The notes under the pieces are model-generated. The model had not been told where the DNA came from and did not search any database. It saw only the letters and a program-made list of their open reading frames with translations. Shown in pieces: positions 36,768 through 45,347 of a DNA stretch of 54,968 nt. Source of the stretch: Parcubacteria group bacterium Gr01-1014_17. GTDB taxonomy: Bacteria > Patescibacteriota > Minisyncoccia > Phycocordibacterales > UBA10002. A program made the translations under genes and the position numbers. Position 1 is the first letter of the stretch. Each line of letters starts with the position of its first letter. Location of the stretch: contig VMFZ01000007.1 in NCBI GenBank assembly GCA_007376285.1, positions 1 through 54,968 on the forward strand, read 5' to 3'.

Positions 36768-36807
36768 AAAAACATACCAACATTCTGCAGAATGTTGGTA
36801 TGTTTTT
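36768..36807. promoter_or_regulatory. Perfect 40-bp palindrome upstream of the ArsR gene (operator-like)
   Basis: aaaaacataccaacattctg-cagaatgttggtatgttttt; a 26-nt copy lies at 36393-36418. Confidence 0.6.
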
Positions 36808-36955
36808 ACTCCCGCTGGCGCCGGTACATCCGAACTTCACGGCGACAGTTTGGCGCACGGGTGGAGCCTCGCGGCGTCGGTTGCGACTGATAAGCGCCAT
36901 AATCTCTTTCGCAACCCAAGCCCTAGCGCCCGTTCGGCGAACGACTAGAGCACAT
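36808..36955 (-). ncRNA. Candidate structured non-coding RNA, class uncertain
   Basis: GC-rich and without a convincing ORF, three stacked hairpins, TGgTATGAT extended -10 just upstream on the minus strand. Confidence 0.35.
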
Positions 36956-37014
36956 AGCAAAATCATACCAAAAATACGGCTCTGGGGATAGGTAAAACAG
37001 GGGTCGGAAAACGC

Positions 37015-37043
37015 TTGACAAGATGTACGGATAGTGCTATGCT
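37015..37043 (+). promoter_or_regulatory. Sigma70-type promoter
   Basis: TTGACA-17 nt-TATGCT with an extended TG. Confidence 0.65.
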
Positions 37044-37113
37044 TTCAGCAGACGCTGGCGAACGCCAGATGTTCTTAAACAAACAAAATCTCACTCAACT
37101 GAAAGTGAAAGAA

Positions 37114-37458
37114 ATGAAAACAGATCACGAAATAAGCACCCAAGAGGCAGAGGAACTGCTTAACGGAATTGTGGCGGACTACAAAGATTCCAAGTGGGGA
37201 AAGGCCAAGGGACATGCGATTCAGGCGAACCTTGATTCACTTTCACGAGTTGCTCTGGTGTATCAGCAACTCGGAGAGTTGTATACGCAGAGAGGGGCTC
37301 TCTGTCTCTGCGAAGCTCGCGGTGCCGCCGAAATTCGTTTTTTTATCCAGGAAATCACGGGAAGACTTCGGAAAGGTGCCAATCCGGATACAGAGTTTTT
37401 CGGACTCATGAATACAGTCCGAGGAAGGTGTTGCCCTCAGACAATGCCACTTTATTAG
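37114..37458 (+). CDS. Hypothetical helical protein, 114 aa
   Basis: ATG downstream of the promoter; no recognised motif. Confidence 0.6.
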   Translation: MKTDHEISTQEAEELLNGIVADYKDSKWGKAKGHAIQANLDSLSRVALVYQQLGELYTQRGALCLCEARGAAEIRFFIQEITGRLRKGANPDTEFFGLMNTVRGRCCPQTMPLY

Positions 37459-37526
37459 GGTTTGTTGGTCTTCGAACACTCAAACAGAACCCTGAACCGC
37501 AGACAATAATGTCTGCGGTTTTCTTT

Positions 37527-38477
37527 TTAATACAACTTAACACCAATCTTCTCGCGCACCATTTCCATTTTCGTTTGTGCAATGGCGCGAGCGCGCTCGC
37601 CTCCGTCTTTGAGAATTTGGAGGACGCGCGCCGTGTCGCCAGCAATCGCTTTGCGTTTTTCGCGGAGCGGGGCAATGAACTTTTTCATATCGGCGGTGAG
37701 TGCGTCTTTCAGTTCTTTATACTTCCCCGCTTTTTCCTCGTACAGTTTTGCGAGTTCGGACTCAGTGCGGAAGAGTTTGTGAATCTCATACACATTTTTC
37801 GGAACGCCCGCGCTTGAGTCCGTCACAATGCTCATCACAAGCTTTTCTATATCGGAATCTTCTGCAAAGAGCAGAATCGTGTTGCCGTAACTTTTACTCA
37901 TTTTTTGCCCATCAATACCAGGCACGACCGCAACTTCTTTCATAATATGTGCCACCGGCAATTTAAAGGTCTCGCCATAAATACGATTAAATTTTTCCGC
38001 GATGTCTCGCGCAATTTCCACATGCTGTTTTTGGTCTGCGCCGACTGGAACGACATCCGTATCATAAAGCAAAATATCTGCCGCCATAAGCACTGGGTAA
38101 TTAAAAAGCCCGACGCTTGCCTCTTTCTTTTTCGCCACGGCATCTTTGTACGCATGCGCGCGTTCCAAGTACGGTACAGTAATAATCGTATCAAAAATCC
38201 ACGCGAGTTCGGTGTGTGCAGATACATCCGATTGTTTAAACAGAATTGATTGCGTTGGGTCAATACCAATCGCCAAGTAATCAATCGCAAGGTTGATTAT
38301 ATTTTCGCGCATCACTTTTGGGTCTTGAATGATGTTGAGCGCGTGGTAGTCAGCAATCATAAAAAAGCAGTGGTGCGCGGTTTGCATTTCCACAAACTGC
38401 TTCATCGCGCCGAAATAGTTGCCGATATGCGGCCTGCCCGACGGCTTGATTCCCGATAAAAGTATCTTTTTGAACAT
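37527..38477 (-). CDS. trpS: Tryptophanyl-tRNA synthetase
   Basis: SGIKPSGRPHIGNY, YPVLMAADIL, VGADQKQH, KMSKS. Confidence 0.96.
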   Translation of the reverse strand: MFKKILLSGIKPSGRPHIGNYFGAMKQFVEMQTAHHCFFMIADYHALNIIQDPKVMRENIINLAIDYLAIGIDPTQSILFKQSDVSAHTELAWIFDTIITVPYLERAHAYKDAVAKKKEASVGLFNYPVLMAADILLYDTDVVPVGADQKQHVEIARDIAEKFNRIYGETFKLPVAHIMKEVAVVPGIDGQKMSKSYGNTILLFAEDSDIEKLVMSIVTDSSAGVPKNVYEIHKLFRTESELAKLYEEKAGKYKELKDALTADMKKFIAPLREKRKAIAGDTARVLQILKDGGERARAIAQTKMEMVREKIGVKLY

Positions 38478-38484
38478 GCGCATA

Positions 38485-39852
38485 TTATAGCACAAGCTCC
38501 TGCCAGAGTTCCGCGCCGAGCGCCATGCCGCGCTTGAAGTTTGCAAGTTCAAATTTTTCGTTCGGAGAGTGCGCGTTGTCGTCGGGAAGCGCAAGTCCGA
38601 TAAGCAAACTATGAACGCCAAGGATTTTCTTGAAATCCGTTACAACAGGGATAGAACCGCCCTCGCGTATAAAGCGTGGCTGCGCACCGAATACGCGCTT
38701 TATGGCGCGCTCCGCCGCGCTGACCGCGGCGCTCGTCGGCTCAAAGAAGTACGGCTCGGCTCCATGCCCGTTTTTTATTTCCATCGTTACCGTCGTCGGA
38801 CAATGCGTCGTGAGGTGCTTCCTCACAGCGGCAATAACTTTCTGCGGTTCCTGATGCGGTACCAATCGCATTGTGATTTTCGCGTGCGCAAGCGACGGTA
38901 CGATGGTTTTTGAGCCAATACCCTGATACCCGCTCGTGAGCCCATTTATTTCAATTGTCGGGCGAATCGTTGTGTGCTCAATGTGACTAAATCCTTTTTC
39001 TCCAAACAAGCACGGAACTTTAAGGAATGCGCGATAGCGTTCCGCATCTCCCGCATCATCTTCGTGCATCGCTTTGCGTTCTTTCGCCGAAAGTGCGCAC
39101 ACGCCATCGTAGAACCCGCTCACAAGAATTTTGCCTGTTTTTTTATCGCGGAGTGTTGCGAGAAGGTGCGCTAACGCTAGCGCAGGGTTCTCAATAGAGC
39201 CGCCGTACGAGCCGGAGTGCACATCGCGATCTGGACCTCGCAGCGTAATCTCAAACGCGGCAATACCGCGAAGCGCGTAGGTTATTGCAGGTGTTTTAAG
39301 CGAGGGCATATTCGTATCGGAAATGACCACGCCGTCTGCCGCGAGCATCTTTTTGTTTTTCTTCAAAAAGAACGATAAGTTGGAACTGCCTACCTCCTCC
39401 TCCCCTTCAATCACAAACGAAATGTCGCACGGTAAAGGCGTATATGTTTTAATATACGCTTCTACTGCTTTTAGGTGCGCAAAGTGCTGTCCTTTGTTAT
39501 CGGAGGAGCCACGCGCAAAAATTTTACCACCGCGAATTGTCGGCGTAAACGGAGGCGTTTTCCAGAGTTCAAGCGGCTCCGGCGGTTGAACATCGTAGTG
39601 GCCATAGACAATATAGTGAAGTTTTTTTGCTGCACTGCCTTTTGTAGTTGCAACAAGTACAGGATTTCCTGCTGTTGGGTACAGCGTTGCAGAAAGACCT
39701 ATCTTGCGACAATGTGCAAGAAGCCACTCCGCGCACTTTTGCATCTGCTTTTTATCGCCGCTCGCGGATACACTCGCAAGCGAGACATACTCCTTGAGTT
39801 CCTCAAGGAATCGCGGATATTCTTTTTTGAGATATGCGTGAACTTTTTGCAT
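38485..39852 (-). CDS. M20-family dipeptidase
   Basis: GHYDVQP, ARGSSDNKG, EGEEE, EGGSIP, AHSPNE. Confidence 0.92.
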   Translation of the reverse strand: MQKVHAYLKKEYPRFLEELKEYVSLASVSASGDKKQMQKCAEWLLAHCRKIGLSATLYPTAGNPVLVATTKGSAAKKLHYIVYGHYDVQPPEPLELWKTPPFTPTIRGGKIFARGSSDNKGQHFAHLKAVEAYIKTYTPLPCDISFVIEGEEEVGSSNLSFFLKKNKKMLAADGVVISDTNMPSLKTPAITYALRGIAAFEITLRGPDRDVHSGSYGGSIENPALALAHLLATLRDKKTGKILVSGFYDGVCALSAKERKAMHEDDAGDAERYRAFLKVPCLFGEKGFSHIEHTTIRPTIEINGLTSGYQGIGSKTIVPSLAHAKITMRLVPHQEPQKVIAAVRKHLTTHCPTTVTMEIKNGHGAEPYFFEPTSAAVSAAERAIKRVFGAQPRFIREGGSIPVVTDFKKILGVHSLLIGLALPDDNAHSPNEKFELANFKRGMALGAELWQELVL

Positions 39853-39863
39853 AATTCTAATTT

Positions 39864-39902
39864 CCGCCCCCGATGTTGATGGGCTTCAAACATCGAGGGC
39901 GG
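39864..39902. repeat. Divergent family B palindrome
   Basis: ccgcccccgatgtt..aaacatcgagggcgg. Confidence 0.65.
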
Positions 39903-40112
39903 TGTTTGAAGATTTGATTGTAAGTAACCCCGACGCTTTGGATGTAAAATCCAAAGGTCGGGGGTGAACTATCTCTCCGCCTCTAGGGCGGGTCGCCTTT
40001 TAGCGACTTACCACACTTTATCGCCGTAGTGAATCATAATGGTTATGATCTAAACGATTTTTGTCGTAACGAACCATCCAACACTCGTTGGCGGCTCTCC
40101 TGAAATTTTTTC

Positions 40113-40262
40113 TTACAGGAAATGCGGGTCGGTGCGGGTCCACCATTGCATCCAGATTTTTACATCGCGCGGTTTGTTGTTTCCGTTGGTAAACGCCACA
40201 CGGAGTTTTCGAGATTTGTCGGCGCTTCGCCGAACTCTCGAACCGTTATTTTTTACCTTCAT
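40113..40262 (-). CDS. Putative 49-aa basic small protein
   Basis: MKVKNNGSRV.. after SD-like GAAAGG. Confidence 0.45.
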   Translation of the reverse strand: MKVKNNGSRVRRSADKSRKLRVAFTNGNNKPRDVKIWMQWWTRTDPHFL

Positions 40263-40308
40263 TTTTATGCCTTTCGTTTTGGTTTTTTTGGTAAAGAGAT
40301 ATTTCAAA

Positions 40309-40343
40309 GTCGCCTCTCCGGCGACCCGCCGATGAGGCGGGAA
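40309..40343. repeat. Palindromic repeat family A
   Basis: gtcgcctctccggcgacccgccgatgaggcggga. Confidence 0.85.
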
Positions 40344-40347
40344 CAAA

Positions 40348-40373
40348 ACAGCCCTCCGTGTCTGGAGGGCTGA
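40348..40373 (-). terminator. Intrinsic terminator
   Basis: cagccctcc/ggagggctg stem with a U-tract on the minus strand. Confidence 0.65.
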
Positions 40374-40397
40374 TTGGTATTTTGCGTAAAAGTATAT

Positions 40398-40499
40398 TTA
40401 GGAAGCGCGCAATGCACAAATCAACTCTCCAGAGGAAAGCTTGCGGATAAGGTGCCAGAAATACATGACACCAGTGCGTTGTGTGCGCGTTAAATTCAT
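40398..40499 (-). CDS. Putative 33-aa small ORF MNLTRTQRTGVMYFWHLIRKLSSGELICALRAS
   Basis: AAGGA SD; upstream TTGACA-16 nt-TACGAT; downstream terminator. Confidence 0.45.
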   Translation of the reverse strand: MNLTRTQRTGVMYFWHLIRKLSSGELICALRAS

Positions 40500-40614
40500 A
40501 GTATCCTTATATCGTATACCTATTGTTTTTGATGTCAAGCGGGGGTGTGGAAAACAATTGCAATTGTCTTTTACAATGATAGTATGCCTAACGGATAAGA
40601 AAAAGAAAGATCTT

Positions 40615-40932
40615 ATGCAAAATGGGATTGACATACCAGATATTAAAGCAATGAGTTTGGCGGAAGCGTGCGCTTCCACGGGAAAGCGGCCAGAACAATT
40701 TCCGGAAAACAAAAAATGTGCGGGATGTAATTGTATACTCTCACGATACAACCCATACATGCTCTGTAATTCATGTCAGAGGGCAATACGAACGGTAGAA
40801 CTCAAAAAAGTCAATTCCGCGCTACCACAGAGAAATGGGCATATATACTGGAGTGCATCTGTCATGGCGTTTCAAGAGCGTACGCCACTACCGCAACACG
40901 AACAAGTGCGAGAAAACATCTTTGCGAGGTAA
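40615..40932 (+). CDS. Hypothetical zinc-ribbon protein
   Basis: CAGC..CNSC; followed by the agacggcac/gtgccgtct terminator at about 40943-40970. Start uncertain. Confidence 0.6.
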   Translation: MQNGIDIPDIKAMSLAEACASTGKRPEQFPENKKCAGCNCILSRYNPYMLCNSCQRAIRTVELKKVNSALPQRNGHIYWSASVMAFQERTPLPQHEQVRENIFAR

Positions 40933-40961
40933 AACAAAGCACAGACGGCACTTTGTGCCGT

Positions 40962-41672
40962 CTATTTTTTTGGATGCAACGCGGCAATAGCCGACAAAAT
41001 TATTCCGGCTTCTTTTTGATATTTCTTCTGGTCATTCTCCGGTAAAACAATTGGCGTGCCGAATACGGCAACGATATGCCTCCGGAGCAATAAGAAATCG
41101 CCGAGCGTCATATTAAAATCGCCGAAAATGCGCACTGGCACAACAGAACAGCCAGTGCGGTACGCAAGATATGCGACACCGCCATGTGCTTCTTTTCCTA
41201 TATTTCCATCGCGCGTCTTGCGCCCCTCAGGAAAGATTAAAACGCTCCCGCCTTTTTCAAGTATATTTATGTGTGTCGCGAGCGACTTCTCGTAGTCCTT
41301 AAAACCAGCAGTTGCATGATGCGAGCCCCATAATTTAAAAAGTAATCCGCCATAGAAAATCTGCCTCCAACCGGATGTTTTATAAAACGCACGCGGGCGA
41401 GATACATAAAATATCGGCAAAAGTGGCGAAAGAAATGGGAGCGCCGCAGGAACAACAATCGCATCCAATTCGCTTGAATGATTCGCTGCAAAGATTACTC
41501 CTCTGCCTTTTTCGGCACCAGATGTCTGCAATTTAGACATCTGGTGCCTCTGCGATTCTAGATTTCCAAGACCTTGCACCTCAAACTTGCAAAACAAAAA
41601 CAAAACGGCGCGCGTCGCGTGCCAGATTGCCTTTTGCAATATAAGCGGAGAAATAAAGAAAAAATTGTTCAC
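40962..41672 (-). CDS. plsC: PlsC-like lysophospholipid acyltransferase
   Basis: NHSSELD (HxxxxD), FPEGRK.RDG, VVPV. Start placed at GTG 41672 because 41684 lies inside the tRNA. Confidence 0.85.
   Translation of the reverse strand: MNNFFFISPLILQKAIWHATRAVLFLFCKFEVQGLGNLESQRHQMSKLQTSGAEKGRGVIFAANHSSELDAIVVPAALPFLSPLLPIFYVSRPRAFYKTSGWRQIFYGGLLFKLWGSHHATAGFKDYEKSLATHINILEKGGSVLIFPEGRKTRDGNIGKEAHGGVAYLAYRTGCSVVPVRIFGDFNMTLGDFLLLRRHIVAVFGTPIVLPENDQKKYQKEAGIILSAIAALHPKK
41514..41548. repeat. Family B palindrome inside the plsC coding sequence
   Basis: ggcaccagatgtctgcaatttagacatctggtgcc encodes RHQMSKLQTSGA. Confidence 0.85.
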
Positions 41673-41675
41673 ACA

Positions 41676-41747
41676 TACCCCCAAGAGGAATTGAACCGCT
41701 ATCTCAAGCTTCGGAGGCTTGCGCTCTATCCGTTGAGCTATGGGGGC
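41676..41747 (-). tRNA. tRNA-Arg(CCG), CCA not encoded
   Basis: GCCCCCATAGCTCAACGGATAGAGC, anticodon arm CAAGC-CTCCGAA-GCTTG, TTCAATT loop, TGGGGGTA end. Confidence 0.93.
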
Positions 41748-41756
41748 GAAAATCCA

Positions 41757-42878
41757 TTATATCCCCTCTTTCTTTAACTCTTCAACCAGATGTTTCGCGC
41801 TTTTAGAGAGTTTGTTCGGCAAGTCAATTTTGATTTTGATGAGAAGGTCTCCGCGCTTTCCTCCGGAAACTGGTACACCTTTTCCGCGCACGCGCAAAAT
41901 CTCGCCGTGTGTGATTCCTTCCGGAATCTTAACTGTCATATCGCCGTCTAGTGTTTTCAACGCGTATTCTCCTCCCAATAATGCCGTGGAAAGTTTAATC
42001 GGCAATTCGGTAATCAAGTTTGCGCCTTCTTTGCGGAAGAGTGAGTGTTTGCCCACATGCACCTTGATATACAAATCCCCTGCCGTGCCGCTCGCCACCG
42101 CTTCTCCCGCGCCCGCCATGCGGATAACTTCACCGTCTTCAATGCCCGCCGGAATACGGACGGAAATTTCTTCCTGTTTTTTCATCACTCCGTGCCCATG
42201 ACACACCGTACATTTCTCCGAAGGTACTTGCCCTTTACCGCGGCACGCGGTACAAGGGCGCACGGTTTGCATAGAACCGAAAAATGAGCGGCGCGTCTCG
42301 CGTACCTGTCCTTTACCGTTGCAAGTGTCGCAGGTTTTCTGTCCCGCCTCTGGCTTGCCGCCAGAGCCGCGGCAAGTGTTGCACAATGCGGTCTTTCCAA
42401 TGAGCACGCGGCGCTCGGCGCCGAATACTGCCTCTGGAAATGCGAGTTCTACATCAATGGAGATATCGCGCCCGCGCGTCGGTCGTCGTGAACTTGTTGA
42501 ACGGCCGCCGAACATATCTCCAAACATATCGCCCAAATCAAATTCAACTTGCGCGCCGCTTCCGCCGCCAAACCCAGCACGACGCACAAAATCAGAAAAA
42601 TCAAACCCTCCGCCTTCGGCGGAAAACCCGCCAAAACCCCCTTGCCCACCGCTCGGCGCCGCACCTTCAGAAAATACCCTGCCGTACGCATCGTACTCGG
42701 CGCGTTTTTTATCATCGGAGAGAACACTGTATGCCTCGCTTGCTTCCTTGAATCGTTTTTCGTCCCCTCCTTTTTTGTCAGGATGAAATTTGTGCGCCAG
42801 ATTCCTGAACGCCTTTTTTATGTCGTCCTTTGACGCCGTTTTATTGATGCCGAGTGTTTCGTAATAGTCGTGAGCCAT
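41757..42878 (-). CDS. dnaJ: Chaperone DnaJ
   Basis: HPD, G/F region and four CxxCxGxG repeats. Confidence 0.97.
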   Translation of the reverse strand: MAHDYYETLGINKTASKDDIKKAFRNLAHKFHPDKKGGDEKRFKEASEAYSVLSDDKKRAEYDAYGRVFSEGAAPSGGQGGFGGFSAEGGGFDFSDFVRRAGFGGGSGAQVEFDLGDMFGDMFGGRSTSSRRPTRGRDISIDVELAFPEAVFGAERRVLIGKTALCNTCRGSGGKPEAGQKTCDTCNGKGQVRETRRSFFGSMQTVRPCTACRGKGQVPSEKCTVCHGHGVMKKQEEISVRIPAGIEDGEVIRMAGAGEAVASGTAGDLYIKVHVGKHSLFRKEGANLITELPIKLSTALLGGEYALKTLDGDMTVKIPEGITHGEILRVRGKGVPVSGGKRGDLLIKIKIDLPNKLSKSAKHLVEELKKEGI

Positions 42879-42896
42879 ACAGACATACTATCACTT

Positions 42897-44771
42897 TTAT
42901 TTGGTTTCTGCATCTCTCACATTACCCTCCGGTCCTTTTTCGTCTTTTTTCTGTCCAGCACTTTCTTGCGCCGCTTTCGCCATAATCTCCCCTATTTTTT
43001 GCAACTCGCGTGAGAGCGCTTCAGTCGCGGTCTTTATGTTAGAAACATCGGCACTATTGTTTGCCGTCTTGAGGTCTGATACTTTATCTTCTATCGCCTT
43101 GCGCACTTCAGCTGGTACTTTCTCACCCGCATCCTTCAATGATTTTTCTGCTGTATATACAAGCTGTTCCGAAAGATTTTTCGCTTCCGCGAATTCACGC
43201 TTTTTCTCGTCATCCGCCGCGTGCGCTTCGGCTTCTTTCGTCATTCGTTCAATATCCGCTTTTGAAAGCGTAGAGCGCGCCTCAATGCGAATTGATTGCT
43301 CTTTGCCGCTCGTCTTGTCTTTCGCTTTTACCGACAAGATGCCGTTTACATCCACATCAAACGACACCTCCACTTGTGGAAGCCCACGCGGAGACGGCGG
43401 TATGCCGTCCAAGATAAACTTGCCAAGTGACTTGTTGTCGTCAGCCATCGGTCGTTCTCCTTGCACAATATGAATCTCAACGCTCGTCTGGTTGTCCGCC
43501 GCAGTGGAAAAAATCTGCGATTTGGTAACGGGAATCGTTGTGTTGCGTTCAACAATTTTGGTGGCAACTCCGCCTAATGTTTCAAGCCCAAATGAAAGCG
43601 GTATGACATCAAGCAGAAGCACATCCTTCACATCCCCTCCCAAGATGCCACCCTGAATCGCCGCACCAATGGCAACGACTTCATCGGGGTTCACGCCCAT
43701 ATGCAGTTCTCTTTTGAAAAAATCCTTCACTGCTTTTTGGATTGCGGGCATACGGGTTTGGCCGCCGACCATCACCACTTCGTTAATGTCGCTTACCTTA
43801 AACGGAGACGCTTCAATCGCGCGCTTGGTAATTGTCATCGCGCGCCCGATAAACTCGGCCGTAAGCTCTTCCAACTTTGCACGCGAGAACTTGAGCACCA
43901 AATGCTTTGGCCCTTCCGCGCCGGAAGAAATAAACGGTAAGTTAATCTCGCTTTCAAATGCTGTTGAGAGTTCAATCTTCGCTTTCTCTGCCGCTTCCTC
44001 AAGCCGTTGGAGCGCGAGCGCATCTTTCCGTACATCAATACCTTCCTGCTTTTTGAACTCATCGGCAATATAACCGATAATTTTCTGGTCAATGTCGTGC
44101 CCGCCCAAGTGCGAATCGCCGTCGGTCGCCTTAACTTCAATCAAGTCGTCTGCAACTTCCAACACCGAAATGTCAAAGGTTCCGCCGCCGAAGTCAAACA
44201 CCGCAATCTTTTCGTTTTTCTTTTTGTTGAAGCCGTACGCGAGCGCCGCTGCAGTTGGTTCGTTGATAATGCGCTTCACCTCAAGCCCTGCGATTTTGCC
44301 CGCATCTTTGGTCGCCTGCCGCTGGCTGTCGTTGAAGTATGCGGGCACGGTGATCACCGCTTCAGTAATCGGCTCGCCAAGGCGCGCTTCCGCATCGGCT
44401 TTAAGCTTCGCCAAAATCTTTGCAGAGATTTCTTCAGGCCGCTCCCACTTGTCGCCAAGTTTTACTTCAATGCCGCCATTGCCGGCTTTCCGCACCTCGT
44501 ACGGTACGGTCTTGATATCTTTTTGCGCCGCAGGGTCGTCAAAGGAATGTCCGATGAAGCGCTTGATGGTATAGACGGTATTTTTCGGGTTCGTGACCGC
44601 TTGCCGTTTCGCCAAGAGCCCGGCGAGCCTCTCGCCGGTTTTTGAAAGCGCGACAATAGACGGGGTCGTCCGCGCGCCTTCGCTGTTTTCAATAATTTTT
44701 GGTACACCCCCTTCCACGACTGCCATCGCGGAATAAGTCGTTCCGAGGTCAATGCCTAAGATTTTGCTCAT
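42897..44771 (-). CDS. dnaK: Chaperone DnaK
   Basis: [36 protein letters not shown]. Confidence 0.98.
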   Translation of the reverse strand: MSKILGIDLGTTYSAMAVVEGGVPKIIENSEGARTTPSIVALSKTGERLAGLLAKRQAVTNPKNTVYTIKRFIGHSFDDPAAQKDIKTVPYEVRKAGNGGIEVKLGDKWERPEEISAKILAKLKADAEARLGEPITEAVITVPAYFNDSQRQATKDAGKIAGLEVKRIINEPTAAALAYGFNKKKNEKIAVFDFGGGTFDISVLEVADDLIEVKATDGDSHLGGHDIDQKIIGYIADEFKKQEGIDVRKDALALQRLEEAAEKAKIELSTAFESEINLPFISSGAEGPKHLVLKFSRAKLEELTAEFIGRAMTITKRAIEASPFKVSDINEVVMVGGQTRMPAIQKAVKDFFKRELHMGVNPDEVVAIGAAIQGGILGGDVKDVLLLDVIPLSFGLETLGGVATKIVERNTTIPVTKSQIFSTAADNQTSVEIHIVQGERPMADDNKSLGKFILDGIPPSPRGLPQVEVSFDVDVNGILSVKAKDKTSGKEQSIRIEARSTLSKADIERMTKEAEAHAADDEKKREFAEAKNLSEQLVYTAEKSLKDAGEKVPAEVRKAIEDKVSDLKTANNSADVSNIKTATEALSRELQKIGEIMAKAAQESAGQKKDEKGPEGNVRDAETK

Positions 44772-44847
44772 AGTTTTGAAGTTTTAAATAGTTTTTTAAT
44801 TTGACACAAATTGGTTTTGGTGGATGAGTTTTTTCATACCTATTTAT

Positions 44848-45133
44848 TCACTTCATTTTTCTCCACAGTGAAAGCATTTGACGATCAAAGGTGAGCAACA
44901 ACGCATTCATCTCAATAGCAATCCGAATCAACGCGATGTCTGCGCGCGGCACCAACCCCAAGCCGATAAGTCAAAAGCGTCGATACTTCCTGAATAACAT
45001 ACGGATGTATAATTGATGTTACTTGTCCTAACTTTTCAGCGACTTGTAACGACTCTAAGTGAAAATGGTCAATCTCGTTGTAAAACGCAAGAATAACACT
45101 ACTATCTAGAACAACTCGACTAGTTGGCTCCAT
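44848..45133 (-). pseudogene. PIN-domain (VapC-like) toxin with an internal deletion and frameshift
   Basis: VVLDSSVI..QEV in one frame; ADIALI..LLTFDRQM in another from about 44945. Confidence 0.75.
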
Positions 45134-45302
45134 ACAGTATTTTGTCGATGTCTTGCGATAAAGTACGATTCCGAGGATTTTTGCTTTTTACAATATGTTT
45201 CCTGGCAAGTTCAAAGAAAGAGAAACCTCTTTTTTTATTTCCCTCTTTATTTTTCGCCTCGCCCCAAAAAGACATAATTAATTTCTTTTGTTTGGTAAGC
45301 AT
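45120..45302 (-). CDS. Putative antitoxin of the PIN toxin
   Basis: 60 aa, overlaps the toxin start, ends LSQDIDKILYG. Confidence 0.65.
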   Translation of the reverse strand: MLTKQKKLIMSFWGEAKNKEGNKKRGFSFFELARKHIVKSKNPRNRTLSQDIDKILYGAN

Positions 45303-45347
45303 AGAATTATTGTAACATGTCACACAACCCGCAACAAGCGGATTTCT

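Noticed and set aside
36350-36955. T-box, tmRNA, SRP RNA or tRNA upstream of aspS
   Set aside because: No GGTGGNACCGCG T-box, no tmRNA ends, no SRP GGAAGGAAGCAGC loop and no cloverleaf; kept only as an unassigned RNA candidate.
791-41548. Palindromic repeats as a CRISPR array
   Set aside because: Copies are kilobases apart, in both orientations, with no regular spacers and no cas genes.
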